Assembly: GCA_013265495.1 (NCBI GenBank)
Contig: MU057416.1
Location: 490,545-554,544, forward strand
Origin: Vicugna vicugna
Lineage: Eukaryota
Length of the DNA stretch: 64,000 nucleotides
Direction: 5' to 3'
Shown: positions 14,000 through 28,098 of the stretch, piece after piece
Numbering within the stretch: the stretch's first letter is position 1
Layout: each line of letters begins with the position of its first letter
Notes under the pieces: generated by a model
Seen by the model: the letters and a program-made list of their open reading frames with translations, nothing else
Told to the model about the DNA's origin: nothing
Database searches by the model: none
Program-made: the position numbers and the translations under genes

Positions 14000-14290
14000 C
14001 ACCCTGACACACAGATTTTGGGGAAGAGGAGACGACTAGCAAAATGATGGGGAGACGTAGCCAGTTAGATAAGTGAAAACAGGAGATGTCCACGTCACGA
14101 GAGCCAAGGGAAAGGAGTGTCTCAGAAAGGAGGCTGAGTTCGCTTTGTTAAAGGCTTCTGTGAGGTCAAAGGTGAAGAGAGAAGTATCCTCAGGATCTGG
14201 TAAGATGGCGGCCATGGTGACCTTGAGGGCAGTTTCCATGAAAATGTGGGATTAGAGTCGTTTGGACGGTTCATTGGAGGTTGAAGTAGA
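14000..14290 (-). mobile_element. L2 fragment
   Basis: gccaagggaaagga...ggtgaccttgagggcagtttc L2-like motifs. Confidence 0.65.
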
Positions 14291-16739
14291 AAAACAAAAT
14301 CTTACAATGAAAATACAAATTATATCTACGGAGGATTTCAGAACAGGAGAAGAATCTTCTAAGGTAAGAGATATTAAAACATGACAAAAAGCAAAAAGTG
14401 ATTAATTTTTAGCAGCTTAATCTGATTTTTTTATTACACACATAGCTTATAAAGGAGAATGTGTTTATTATATGCATTAACTACAATTGTTAAGATAATA
14501 TAATTTTGAATTCCAGTAAAATTGGCATAAATATTAAAATGGAAAGCTTGGAACTGAAATAAGAAAAAAAAGCCCCAGCACATAGAAGGCAGTCAGTGTG
14601 TTTGCAAATGAACAAATAGATTTTCCGTTAATGATGGTGTGTTACTGTTCTTTGGAAAGGACATAAATCCCAAGTCCACTGTAGATGGCCTCAGACCTCC
14701 CGTTGGGACGGTATTTAATTTTGTTACTAAAAGGAAGAACAGTCTCCCGTCTTTTTTCTTCTGAGAACAAGTAGGTACTGGGTGAATATTTGATTAGCCA
14801 TCTAATTAAACATTATAGCTTAAATATTAAAACATCACACAGAAAATCATGTCTCCCTAAAAACTGGAAGTGGGAAAAACATCCGATAACATTTCTTTTG
14901 CTTTGAAGCACGTCACTAGTATTTTGTGCCAAGTGTGTTAAGTTCTTGTCATGACAATATCAAATAGTTAATTTATATATATAATATGTAATATTTAAAT
15001 TCCATATAAAATATAGAACAGAAATGTAGAACCCTCTATATTCTCTATATAACACACAATGTAAAAATTCTAGAATTCCAGTAAAATTTTTGCCCAGTGT
15101 GATTCTTCTCTTCAGGCAGCAAAAAAACCCTCAAAATACAGTAACGAAAACTCTTTCCTGGCAGACCAGTTTCTGTTGATCATCCTGGAGCAGCCTTAGG
15201 GAGACCGGCTTTTTTAGAAACCTATGCACGTGGAGTTATTTTAAGATGTAAAGCCAGGTCCACTTGGAGAGTGCAGGCTAAGCTGAAAACCAGTTGGAGG
15301 TGGGAGCTTTTCCCAGATGCTCCTGTGGTGTTTTGGAGACAATAATTCAAAAGCTGACTTAGTAGGGAGCTAGTGAAGTAGTTGAGTAAGTAAATCTGTG
15401 TGAACAGGCGCTTCCCTACACGGCAGTTACTGGAACATGTATTCCACTAGTCACTCACCCTCATACAAAGTGGTTTATCGACCTCAAGTCTTTGGCTACG
15501 TCGCGCTGAAACACGGTGCCTGACTTCAAATTGCTTGTGCCACACATCTTGGCTTTATCGTAATGTTTACTGCCGGCCAAGGGTCAGCAAGGATGGCGGT
15601 GGTGCTAGAAGCTGAACTGGGTTTGTGGTTCCGATGAAACCGTCGACATCACATTCTCATGAGCTCTTTAACATGCATTGCCCTAAAAGGCGTCTCCGTC
15701 AAAATCATGGACTCCGTTCACTGTCCCCACACGCTCCCAAGCGTTCTCTACACAAACTGACCGATTTATTTTGAATAGAAATTTGACTCAGACCGCTTTT
15801 GTGTTAGTCCAGTGAACTTGTTAAGGGTATAACTATGTTTATGGAGAAGACTGTAAACTCAAACACAGGGGAGAAAATGTTTCCCCAACAGCTAATTTGA
15901 AAAACTGATGAAAATAGTTCAATTTTTATGATGTAATGAGAGTAATTCTTGTCCTATTCTGTGCAGATCCTGCAGTAATTCAATTGTATTCCCTGCTAAA
16001 TTTGCCATTCTGAAAGGCCTCCCCTGAAACATGCAGTGTCCCTTCTAACACTGGCATCTCCATGTCCCGTTTCCCACCCCCGGGACCACAGATGCGCCAT
16101 CCCTCACTAGACATTCCCTGACCTTCGAAGCTCCCTCCCTCCCTCCGCCTCCCCCACCCGCGCTCTCCTCCCTCAGGGAGCAGTGTACACTCTGGCACGT
16201 AATGTGCCACCACATTTTAACAGTTCTTAATTTCAAGATCTCACAAAATTGAAAATGAGTTAGTTCGCATCTTTAGCAATTTTTAAACTTCAATTTTTTT
16301 TGCAGTTTAAGTTTGTTGATAACGAGTAATAGCCGTATTTATGGACACTCTAGAGAATATAATCAATTCTGTGTGGAATGCTGAATCATTTATCAGTGTG
16401 TTGTGGACAACGCACCGACAGCCAGCTGAATCCCGTTCATGTTATGCCATTATTAAGGCTTAAACCTCAGCTCTGTTAGTGGTCTTTTCTTCCGTAAATA
16501 ACCAGTTGTTCTGGGAACAGAAGCACGTTACCCTCCATTCCGCACACTGGTTATGTTTAGATTTTCAAGTTCAGTTCTCAGGGGTTACTATTTGGTTTCC
16601 CACGTTTGAAAAAGTGGTGATTTGTTTTTTTCTATAACTAAAAATGAAATTTCATCATCCTTCCGTTTGCAACTTCTACTGTTTTCATAAAAGGTAGCAA
16701 GTGCTTTGTGCGTCTAGGTTTCTCGGGTACTTGGAAAAT

Positions 16740-16840
16740 CTTATAAATCACCTGCTCCGTCTCCTCATTTTGCAGATGAGAAAACTAAGTTAAATGACAG
16801 GTAAAATGACTTCTTCAAGAGCATCAAACTGGTTAATAGA
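16740..16840 (-). mobile_element. MIR fragment
   Basis: MIR core ctcattttgcagatgagaaaactaag...aaatgacttcttcaag. Confidence 0.7.
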
Positions 16841-17003
16841 AATAAAGTGTCTCTACATTAACTTCAAAAACACATGTTTCATCACCCGGGGAAAAAAATC
16901 CCTGAAAATGTCGTTAATGGAACAAAAACACTTAAAGCAAAGTGAAAGTCACTTCATTGTAGATAAATAAACGATTTAGAACATAAAATTCTTACTATTT
17001 CAA

Positions 17004-17038
<35 letters not shown>
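17004..17038. repeat. (CA)n(TA)n microsatellite
   Basis: Direct reading. Confidence 0.95.
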
Positions 17039-18989
17039 AGCTTGAAATTCTCATTTCAATTAAACATTTCAACATCCTCCTCCTTGTAAAACGTACAGGA
17101 GCAGCGGCCTGGCTGTGCTCCTAAAGGCGCCTTTGGCTGTTTCTGCAGCAGCATCGTTACAGAACCATCCCTTCTCCAGCTGGGAGCAGGTGGGTGAGGC
17201 TGGCAAGGCTGCCCGGTAGGACAGCGATGACCGCAGGCTCTCGATGAGGCTCAGGCCAGCACCTCAGTGACGTTGCTGCCAGTGAAGAAGCAGCCTTAAA
17301 CTGGACCAGACACATTCTTGGTCTCACTGTGAATCGAGAAGTAAAGTCTCCTGTAGGCACTCACAGTTTAATTTAGTCTAAAAAAGAATAAATTTCTGGG
17401 CACTGTCTGTATTATAAATTCTCATTGGTACCTCTTTACTCCCATGGAGCATGTAAATCATTTTGTCTTATGACTGAAGTAGATGCGTTAGTGTATAAAT
17501 ATTTCACCTCTAGCTAGAGTATTTCAGAAATGCTTGTAGATGCAGAATTCATAGACCACTAACGAAGCTGTGATTTAATCTTTAATAATGATGCATAAAT
17601 AAACTGGATTCATCTGGTTGTCGGTGGCTCTGCACACGCTTATGTCGTTTCAGTATTCAGGGAGTGGCTACGTGAATGTTATTAAGCAAATGATCTCCAG
17701 GATGCAGAGTGGTGTCCATTACGGAAGCGACATAAATCCGATCGCTACATGGACTGAGGGCAGAATCAGCAATGAAATACATGTCCCAACCCTGGAATCA
17801 CGTTTAGAAATAAAATATGAGAGTTTGTTTCAGTTTCATTCAGGAGCGGAAAATTTTAGTGTATGAAGTTCAGTGGACACAGTGTGAATGAAGTGACCGC
17901 AAGCTGTGCTGCAGATGTGTTTTGAACAATCAACAGTTTGAAGGAAAAACAGGAAGCGCTAACACTGGTCTCCTGCTGACGCGCACCGATGTTTTTTACA
18001 AACAGGAAGGGTTATAGCCGGTGTGTGTGACCCGTCTTCTACGCGAGGCCACGCCTCGTAACTGCCTCACGCCCAGCGTGACTCAGAAGACACAGCTTTG
18101 TCCCACTCAGTTCTTCCACGTTAGACACTGTATCACTTTGACGGCTCAAGTTATTGAGTTTCCACAACTCGATTATTTTTGTTATCTAGATCTTGAACAT
18201 ACATATCATCATTTTAATTACGGGTTTACTGCTTAGATGTTGGAAAATAATAAATAGGCTACATCGTATCAGCTTCATTTTTCTGTAAAAGGCTAAAAAA
18301 ATAAATTTTAAAACGTCCCTGACATTTTAAAAATTGCATTTAGACATTTATTAGAAGCAGAAACCAATCTTTTTTTAAAAATTTTAAACAGAAACTTTGA
18401 AAAAGCAGATAAGAGTGAATGCCGGGCTATTTATCAAATCTGCACGTTTCTGATCTTGGTTCGGTTTATCTGGTGAACTTCCTCGGGACCATCACCAGAA
18501 GTGGTTACCCCAAACACTCTGAGCTTTCTAGTTTGTGATATGGTGTAACTGAATGTCAGATTAAGTCATTCTATTATTCTATCTTTACATCAGTTAGTAC
18601 CTGGTGAGAATTGACTTTGTATGTAACAAGCTTAAAATTTTAACACTGTCTATGTAAAATTGATTTAAAATTTTGCTAGGTTTTCTCACATACCATGAAA
18701 ATGTAATGCAAAGTGTAAAATGTAATGAATAATTTAAGCTGTGCAGTGGAATTTCTAATCTTAGATATGTCAAAATATGTAGGGGGTTAAACATTTATAA
18801 TTAGCAATATTAACTATAGCAAAACTGAAACATATCTTTAATATTTCTGCCAAGAAAAATCTGATTTATGCTATAGGACAGCCCTCAAAATTATGAATTT
18901 GTAGTATGAGTTTTCTGTTAGAAGTAAGGGTAAAGTGAACTAAGAAGAGGATGATTAGTTGAAACTACGATTTAAAACTACACAGCCAT

Positions 18990-19620
18990 TAGCATGGCTA
19001 AAATTATAACCATAGATAGCACCAAATGCTGACAAGGACGTGGAATGCATACTGGTACCACCAATTTGGAAAACTGACAGTTTCTTAGAAACAGAAGCAC
19101 ACCTAGATACTTACACAAAAGAAATGAAAGTGAATGTGCATCTAAAGACACGTGCGTGATTACTCACAGCAGCTTTGTTCACAATGGCCAGACCCCAGAA
19201 ATACCCCAAGTGACCATCAGCAGGAAGACGGATCAACAAAAGGAGGCAGATTTATGCAGCAGAAGACTGCTCAGCAACAAACAGAACAAACGACTGTAAA
19301 CGTGAGGACGGGATGAAGCTCAGCATCATTAGGCTGAAGGAGGGAGCAGGAGACAACAGACCACAAAGCAGAGGTCATGCATGTAAACTGCAGGATCATC
19401 TATGCACTTGCCCGCGGTAAGGACAGGAAAAGGGGTTGACTGCCAAGTGCCAGGAGGAATCTCTTGTGGATGAGGGCTATGTCATGTCTCTTAACTGTGT
19501 CGTGTGATCATGGGAGAGTACAACTGTCAGACTCATTGGCTTAGTTTAAATAGATGGGGTTGACCGATGTCTGTTTTTCTGTAACAAACGTGGTGAGTAG
19601 AAAAGTAACTTTAAAAAGAA
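18990..19620 (+). mobile_element. Ancient L1 (L1MD/ME-like) 3' fragment
   Basis: atagcaccaaatgctgacaaggacgtgga...cacagcagctttgttcacaatggcca motifs. Confidence 0.75.
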
Positions 19621-19756
19621 CAAAGAAACAATCAGAACCTCCAACCTTCTCAATGACTGCACGCTGCCAAAGGACTTCTTTGCTTTTGTGTCAGCAAAAG
19701 ACTGGAGGTAAGTAAGAGAGAAGGTCTCTGGCTGGGGGTTCCAGGCACACATCCTT

Positions 19757-20405
19757 CTGTTGTTTCTCTATTTTATACATAGTAAGGTGTATCTAAAAAT
19801 CTTGAACTCCCAGTTTATCCTTTCCCACCCTCTTCCCTCTGTGGTAACCATAAGTTTGTTTTCTATGTCTCTGAGTCTGTCTCTGTTTTGTAAATGAGTT
19901 CATTTGTCTTTTTTTTTTTTTAGATTCCACGTATAAGTGAAGTCATGTGGTATTTGTCTTTCTCTGTCTGGCTTACTTCACTTGGTATGACAATCTCCAG
20001 GTCCATCCATGTTGCTGCGAATGGCATTATTTTATTATTTTTTATGGCCGAGTAGTATGCTATTGCATAAATATACCACAACTTTATCCAGCCATCTGTT
20101 GATGGACATTTAGGTTGTTTCCATGTCTTGGCTATTGTAAATAGTGCTGCTAGGAACACTGGGGTGCATGAATCTTTTCAAATTAAAGTTCTCTCCAGAT
20201 ACATGCCCAGGAGAGGGACTGCTGGATCATATGCAAATCAAAACTGCTGTAAGGTATCCCCTCACACCAGGCAGAATGGCCATCATTGAAAAGTCCACAA
20301 ACGACAAATGCTGGAGAGGCTGTGGAGAAAAGGGAGCCCTCCTGCATTGCTGGTGGGAATGCAGTTTGGTGAAGCCACTGTGGAGAACAGTCTGGAGGTT
20401 CCTCA
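19757..20405 (-). mobile_element. 5'-inverted (twin-primed) L1
   Basis: 19757-20232 is ORF2 end/3' UTR on minus (MFLAALFTIAKTWKQPKCPS). 20230-20405 is the adjacent upstream ORF2 segment on plus ([18 protein letters not shown]...CWWEC). Confidence 0.88.
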
Positions 20406-20829
20406 CACAGCCTTTTGAACAAGGGAGGATGAAGCAAACAATCACAATACTGAGAACTAATCCCCTAGCTTCCCCCGACCTTAGCTCCCAGAGTGGCAGC
20501 GGCCAGGACTACATCCTCTAGGCAAGCTCTGGAAGCTCCATCTGCGGGGAACCTGCTTAGCCAAGAGAAACATCAGGAAAACACTTAAATTCTTCTCCCA
20601 AGGAAATGGCACAACCTACAGCGGAGACCACAGCAACCAGCCCTGTCAAGCTCAATGGCTCCAATCAGGTTTTAAATGCTCCAATTTTCTTTCTAAGTAT
20701 TTCAATTTTATTTATTTTTGTTTGTTTGTTTGTTTTTTATTTATTGAAATATAGCTGGCTTACAATATACTATTAGTTTCAGGTGTACAACATAGTGATT
20801 CGATATTTTCATAGACATCAAGGATGACT

Positions 20830-22400
20830 AGCCATTTATAAAAAGCCTCCAACTTTAAAGATAGAGAACAAAATAAAGACAAGACAGAAAATTTTGGAAA
20901 CAGAGACTTTGCATGGACAAAGATCAGTATCTTTTATTTATATCCTTAGAAAAATAGGATTTTTGTTATGAAAAAGGGTGCTATGAAAAGTAACAAAAAT
21001 TCTACAGATATTTTAAAGATGAAGTTGAGGAAATAAATCCCTTGCAAAGGACAGAAATATGAAATAAAAAATAAGAAGAGATGTACAATTAAGAGAGAGA
21101 AAGGAAGGACATGAGAGGAATGGCCGAGGGAGCAGACATCCCAGCAGCAGAGGCACCAGAAAGAACGAGTAATAAAAATTGAAGGGAGAAAACCGTACAT
21201 TAAATAATCCACGCATGTTTCTCACATGAAGGACACGGCTCACCAGAACGAAAGAGGCCCCTGTGTGCTTGGCAAAACAGATGAAAAATGGGCCCCTCTC
21301 AGGGTACATCAACGTGAAATTTTAGAACACTAGGGGTGGAGGTAAGATTCTACAAGATTTCCCAGGGAGGGAAATGTATAAATGGGTCACACGGAAAGGG
21401 TCAGGAATTAGAAGGGCTTCAGGCTGCTTAAGAACAACTTGGAAGCAGGAGACAATGGAGCGATGTCTGCAAGATTCTCAGGGGAAATTATCTTGAACCT
21501 AAGCCTTGATACCCAGCCAAACCATAAATCAAGGTTGACGGAAGTGACACTCAATGTCGCCAAGATAATCCATCTTGTGCCCTTTCTCAAGAAGCTACTA
21601 TGAGATCTGCTTCATTAAAACAAGGGTAGGAACCAGTGAAGATGGAAGCATTGGCTACACGGGAAAAGGAAAAGGAAATTTGGGGGTCACGATAAAACGA
21701 AAAATCCAGGGAGATAGTTGTGTATCAGGCATAAAGGAAAATCAGTCCAGAATGGGGCAGGGCAGAAGTCCTCAGAGCAGACGTCTCAGAAGATAAATTT
21801 TATCCCTTAACTGATGAGCACTAAGGGGAGATTCAGACAATTGGCGGAGAGTTTGGATTTGAGTTAGTGTTAAACATATGAAAAAAACACACCCCCAAAA
21901 GTAGGACAACCATTAACTCCAGAGGATACAAAATTTGATTAAGGAAGGAAAAATATGTTTACTGTATAATATGGGTCAGAAGAGCACTTACTTACCCATA
22001 ATTGTGTAAACACTGATCTAACTAAAATTACATAAACCAGATGGGAGAAGAGTATGTGTGCGTGTGTGTGTGTGTGAGTATACACTTGCGGTAAGAGCAG
22101 AGGGCATGAGAGCGAAGGACAGCTAAAACTCATCTTTTCTGGGGTGGAGATTAAATAGCGAAAACCTAAAATGGGGCAAAAAGTTAAGAGGTAGCCATAA
22201 AATTCTCCACTTAAGATACGAAATCAAACCAAGCCATCAGCTAAACGAGCTGAAAACGGCTGCCTCCCTAGGCAGGCAAACAGGAGAAAGGAGACAGAAG
22301 GGTTATCGTCTAGTTTGTTACGAGCCTGACAGAACTTCTTGACGTTTCTGGCTTGGTGTGTGCAGATGTAAGCTGGACAGAAATCAAAACCAGACTTTAA
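20830..22400 (+). mobile_element. HAL1 (half-L1)-like element
   Basis: Degenerate ORF1-like motifs (gtgaaattttagaacactaggg, gaagcaggagacaatggagcgatg, atacccagccaaac) with no ORF2 following. Confidence 0.7.
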
Positions 22401-23106
22401 CAACTGAAACTGGTATCCTGGCTTGTGGATTTCCCAACCACGTAAATGTTGAATGTCTTTCATCTCCACTGTAGCAACGTATCATCATCTAATCACACTT
22501 TGTACTTGGTCATCAGGTGGGGAAAGATGTATTTTGAGTGTTTTGATTTTAGATCTAAGTCCAAGATCAACCTTCTAGCTTTTTTTCATATGTTACCTCC
22601 AAATATCTGAACTTGTTTTCTTACCCTCATTATCATTTACAATCCCTTCCTATTGTGAATACATTCCTAGTCTCTCCTTCAGAGATTTTCTGCTTTTTCT
22701 TGACCTCCTAGTCACTGTAAGCTACATATTTAGCCATTCACTTTTGCCTCTGTAACAACCAGGGGTCCCTCAGCTGCTTGAATTTTCTCTAGTGTAAACC
22801 TCTGACTGCTCCCTGGCTACATCCTTGACAGGATCCAAAAGATCATCAGAGAAGAGTGGACTCCTTTCCTAACTTGTGTGGATTACCAGTTCTCTCCTAC
22901 GGTCCTCAAAATGCCACTTCCACCCCTGTCTTGTTCATATTCAGTTAATAACTTTTGTTTCTCCACTTCTCATTTTCAGTTGATAATTTTTCAACTTCCC
23001 TCTTTTTTTCTATAAAAGTATCCTTAATCTTTCATCATTTTCTGGCCAATAAAATATCCTTGACTTCTCTTTCTCCATTTTTAACTAGGTTAGTTTCTTT
23101 CATATG

Positions 23107-23674
23107 TGTGGTGGGCAGAATCCTAAAATGCCACCCCTCCACCAAACCCCAGGATCCCTGGTCCCTGGTATATACATTCCTTCTCCCAGTTACTCAATCA
23201 AACACTAACCTAGGTACTTCCGGGAAGGGATTGAGATGATGTGATTACGTGTCTTAGGTCTTAATCAGTTGATTTTAAGATAAAGATTATGAGAGTGGCT
23301 CTGGGGGTAGGGGGACTGACCTAATCACAGCAGGGTTTCCTCCAGCTGGCTGCAGAAGAGAAGTCAGAGATTTGAAGCAATGTTGCCTGAAGATGGAAAA
23401 GGACACAGGGCCAGGAATGCAGGTGGCCTCTTGTTGCTTGGAGCAGCCCCTGTCAACAGCCAGCAAAGAAATCGGGGCATATGGAAGGAACTACATTTAG
23501 CCAAGAATATGAATGGGCTTCTAAGTGAGATGAGAACTCAGCCCATAGAAACGTGGATTTCAGCTTTGTCAGCCATCATGCTGGATTTCTGACCCACAGC
23601 TAATCAACCAGTGGGCATGGCGTTGAGCTGCTAAACTTATGATCATTTTCATGCAGCAACAGGAAACTTATACT
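23107..23674 (+). mobile_element. MLT1 (MaLR) solo LTR, MLT1E/F-like
   Basis: Starts tgtggtgggcagaatcctaaaatg. Internal gaagtcagagatttgaagc. Ends gcagcaacaggaaacttatac. Confidence 0.85.
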
Positions 23675-24348
23675 GACTGTAAAATTATATTCTCTGCCGT
23701 TTATTTGAAATTTGCTCCATCAGCCGTCCTCTGTTGTGGGTTTACCTGTTTAAACCCTATTTCTGTCTCCATGACCCTCCTCTTCCTTTTCCCTATAGTT
23801 TACATTGTGATATATTGAAAATCAAACCAAAACCAGTACAATCATCTCAGCATCCTATTTTATCAGTCTATTATTATTCTGTCTCCTAATTTTACTACCA
23901 AACTTCTTGCAAAAATAAATTACAGCCACTATCAACATTTTCTCCTTAATTCTGAGTAAGACAGAGCCAGGGTCCTGAGGAACATAAGCTATATTTTAAC
24001 TGGCAAACCTTATTCTTTTTCTTCACTCTTTATTTCTCTACAGTGTTATTTCTGGTTGACTGTCAACATGGAATTTTATATCCTTCAAAAACTCTTTCAA
24101 AAATAAGAATCAAATAAAAACATTTTCATATACAAAAACAGAGAAATCATAGCCAACAGACTAAGCCTACAATAAATGTTAAAAGAAATTTTTTAAGCAA
24201 AAGGAATACGATATCAATTGGATATGTGGATTTCCACAAAGGGGTGAAGAACCCTGGAAATTATAAAAATGTGGGTTAAGTATAAAAGAGGTTTATTTTC
24301 CTTATTTTTAATAACATTAAGTAATAGTTGACCATTTAAAGCAAAACT

Positions 24349-24393
24349 ATTCATTGACAAATGACTAGATAAAAAAGTTGTGGTATATATATG

Positions 24394-24429
<36 letters not shown>

Positions 24430-24912
24430 GGAACACTATTCAGCCATAAAAAAGAGTAAAATAATGCCATTTGTAGCAACATGGATGGGCCTGGAGATTG
24501 TCATTCTAAATGAAGTAAGCCAGAAAGAGAAAGAAAAATACCATATGATATCATTTATATGTGGAATCTAAAAAAAGAAAAAAAAGACACAAATGAGCTT
24601 ACTTACAAAACAGAAACAGACTCACAGACATAGAAAACAAACTTATGGTTACCAAGGGGGAAGTGGGAGGGAAGGGATAAATTGGGGGTTCAGAATTTGC
24701 AGATACTAACTACTATGTATTAAATAGATGAATAGCAAGTTCCTACTGTATAGCACAGGGAACCATATTGAATATCTTGTAGTCACCTATAATGAAAAAG
24801 AATATGAAAAGGAATATATGTATGTACATGTATGACCGAAGCATGATGTTGGACATCAGAAATTGACACAACATTGTAAACTGACTAGACTTCAATAAAA
24901 AGGAGAAAAAAG
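24349..24912 (+). mobile_element. Lineage-specific L1 3' end containing (CA)n
   Basis: MEHYSAIKKSKIMPFVATWMGLEIVIL ORF2 tail plus 3' UTR and aataaa/A tail. Confidence 0.92.
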
Positions 24913-25261
24913 TAAAGTCAGTGGTAGTTATCTTTTGTTTGCCAAAGCCCGTCTCTGCGCACACTCTCACTTCTCCTGCTCGCAGGTGGCCGTTAAAACA
25001 AACACATGGAAAGGGAGGAACTCAGGCAGCCAGGGCACTGGTGCGCACCGCCCTCCTCCGACTACCACCTCGTATTGCGTTTTCTTCTCTTCCTCGTGGA
25101 GTCACTTCGAGCTTGTTCTCAGCAGATACTTTTGTAAGACGTCTCCCTGAATAAGTTATTTTTTCAGCATTTTGGACGTGCAGAGATTCACAGTTCCTAG
25201 CCTTTCCTTTCATAGTCTTCAAGTTTTATAATCTGACCTTTGAAAGAGGCTCTGATTCTAG

Positions 25262-25267
25262 TTTATT
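25262..25267 (-). terminator. Candidate polyadenylation signal AATAAA of the minus-strand gene
   Basis: tttatt on + is the first AATAAA on - after the stop codon. Confidence 0.5.
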
Positions 25268-25356
25268 ATTTTGTCCATCATCACACTGAAACAGATCATA
25301 AAATTCCCTTTTACATAGATGAAGGGAATAAATTACTCTCAGTCTATCCTTAGCGT

Positions 25357-25446
25357 CTACAGTTCTTCTGGAGTAAGTGTTTTGGAGGCCACCTGTGCGC
25401 GAGGCACTACAGGATCCGCAAAGAAGTGTAACTGGTACCAAACTCG
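25357..25446 (-). CDS. Terminal coding exon: RVWYQLHFFADPVVPRAQVASKTLTPEEL*
   Basis: Acceptor tttatttgtatgtatcttgctttccag, phase 0 start, TAG at 25359-25357, AATAAA 90 nt downstream. Confidence 0.8.
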   Translation of the reverse strand, partial: RVWYQLHFFADPVVPRAQVASKTLTPEEL

Positions 25447-28032
25447 CTGGAAAGCAAGATACATACAAATAAAGTAAGTAACCAGGAAAATAAGATACGT
25501 ACACATAACATAAACAACCGAGAAGTAAGGGGAAGTTTGAAAACAGGAAAATGAGCGTATGGACCAGAAAAATTTTAACCGCACTTGTCATTTCAGCAAC
25601 TTTACCAAATCTCTTGAAAATGTAACATGGACTCAGGACTTGCCTTGTTCTTCTTTGAAGGAAAAAAAAAATCTATCCATGTTTTGTATTCCAGTCGTGA
25701 GAAATGACTTTATTACAGCAAAGGAACAGCCACATGACCGAATCTGCTCCTTTCTAATCCACTGAGATTCACAGCGCCTCCAGCCTCAGGGGCAGAAGGC
25801 GGACGCGAGGCCTAACCCTGCTCACTGGGCACGCGGCCATCGCAAAGACCCACGCCAGTCAGAGGCGCCAAATTAGTAGGAGGAATAACCAGAAAGGAGC
25901 CATGCAGGCATACCTAACAATTTCAAATCCATTCCCAAACTATTTTTAAAATGTTTACAAGTAATTAGGCTCCTAGTTTCACCACATTTTACTCAACCAA
26001 AATCAAGACTGAATGCTCCAATTTCCACTTACAGAAGAGTATGAACAGATAATAACAGCAATTTTTAGCTAAATGTATAAGATTGGAGATCAATTCTCCA
26101 ATGAAAGCACCGCAGAAATTTCTGGGGAGACAAGCACCACGTTTAGAGTTCCTGGGACGTGTGGAAGGACACGTGTGGCGCACCCCCCCCCCGCGTCCCT
26201 CAGGGAGGGTCTCTCCCCCAGGAGTCCTGGCTCACGGGCGCTAGGCTGTCACACCCGCAATCTGCATTTTCTCCCCAGCCTTCTGCCAACTGTCTCCTAA
26301 TTTCAAAGTCAAACTCTCACTATAAATTCTCACCATCACTCTTTCCTCATGCTCTGTTTGGGGGCATTTTGGACAATCTGTACGATGGTTCTAACATGAA
26401 CCTTCTCCAACTGCACCCAGCTTTCCCGTCTCACTCTCTTACACTCCAAGCTCCCAGTGTAATATTTCTCAGATTCATCTATATATGTGTGACTTTGGGC
26501 AAGTTATTCAACTTTTCTACATTTTTCCCATTTGACAAAAAAATTAACTTACTAATATCTAAATTGTAAGGTCTGACGAAAATTAAGAAGTCAAACAAGA
26601 TAAGGTACGAAAAAGCGCTAAGCAGAAAACTGAGAAGGTATCTTTCAAGCCAGACACGATTTTTCTGGTTTTCTTCTTTTCTCACTTTTATTTTTTTCTT
26701 CATGGGGATAATCTTTTTATAACACATAATACATTTCCATTTCTCGTCCGTGCATTTGATTCAAGGAGAATCAAGTCCACTAGGCTGCGCGCAGAGGTCC
26801 TGCCTTGCATTTCTCCCATGTCTGTGCCCTTATTTGTTTTACCTCCAACCGCCAGGAATTCCAGGAGACCAGTGCATTTAAAATCGGCTGGACGGGGCTC
26901 AGAGCTGGGCGGCGGCCACAGCCCCGGCAGCATCTGTTTCAATAGGCCTTTGGTGGAGCTGCTGCTTCTGACGCCCACGACCCGGGCGGTGGGGGAGGCT
27001 GTCCCGTGGACAATGCGGCATCGTGGCCAGAGGCATTTTCGGCTCCCACTGCCCCTGCGTGGCCTCCCAGCCCCTGAGGATCCCGATCGCTGCCGAGCTG
27101 TCCCCTCAAGACCGCCTCCTCCCGCCTGAGCTGCAGCTTCCCAGTGACCGAGTCCCGGATTTGAGCTGCTTGAGGGGGAAATGCGACCACACCCTCATTC
27201 CGCAGGAGATCCAAAGGGTTCATCAGCCACCCAGGCTTCGACTCCAGAAGAAAGAAGCAAACAAATGTGCTGTTTTCGTGTGTTTAGTGCCCCTGTTCCC
27301 GAAGCTCTCTTTTGAGTCAAAATAAAAGCTCCTGTGTGTGTGTGTGTTTCTCTCTCTCTCTACAGAGACCATCTCATCCCATTAGTTAAAGAATACTTGG
27401 GTTCATAGATTGAATCTAAAACTATGGGTGCTTCCAAAGCAGAACCCTGTTTATGCTGGTCCAGCGATGGGACGCGTTGGGAAGGAAGTGGCATTGTGTG
27501 GAGCCTCTGCTGGACGGCTGTTTCACTTACTTACTTTGCGCACAGCGCCTGCACAGGAGCAGCCTGTCGTGGGGCAGCCACTCCTTCCAACAATACCAAG
27601 GGTCGGGTTTTTGTCCACACCCTCCCGCGGCAATGCCGCCTCTGTTCTGGGGCACACTGAGGTCGCTGCCTATTTCCAGCTGGGTTGATGACTACATTCC
27701 AGACTCAGGGAAAAAAAACCAAGCACTGCTGTTAAGGTACAAACCCTGGATTTTCCTCTTGGCGGGCAACTAAAAATAACCCGCCGGATTTGTAATTTTC
27801 AAGATAACTTTGGCTTTGGTTTTGTCAGGGATGCCATGTGGCTGGACTATAGCGGGGACCTTGTTTCAAGCTCTGTCTCTGAACACATCAGCTCTTCGTT
27901 TGGACTAAGTAAGTAGATATTAGACGATTATGGTTTAGCAGCCATGTGAGAAAAATGTAAGTGCAAATATTTTGAAGATTATTCAGCACGTAGTTTATCT
28001 AACACTCTTTTCATTTAAGAAATAAAGTCTAA

Positions 28033-28098
28033 GGGGGAGGGTGCAGCGCAGTGGCCGAGTGCACGCCTCGCAGGCACGAGGTCCTGGGTTCCAGTCTC
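28033..28098 (+). mobile_element. Camelid tRNA-derived SINE (Vic-1 type), 3'-truncated
   Basis: ggggagggt...cagtgg...gaggtcctgggttc, homologous to the copies at 54066 and 58838. Confidence 0.8.
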
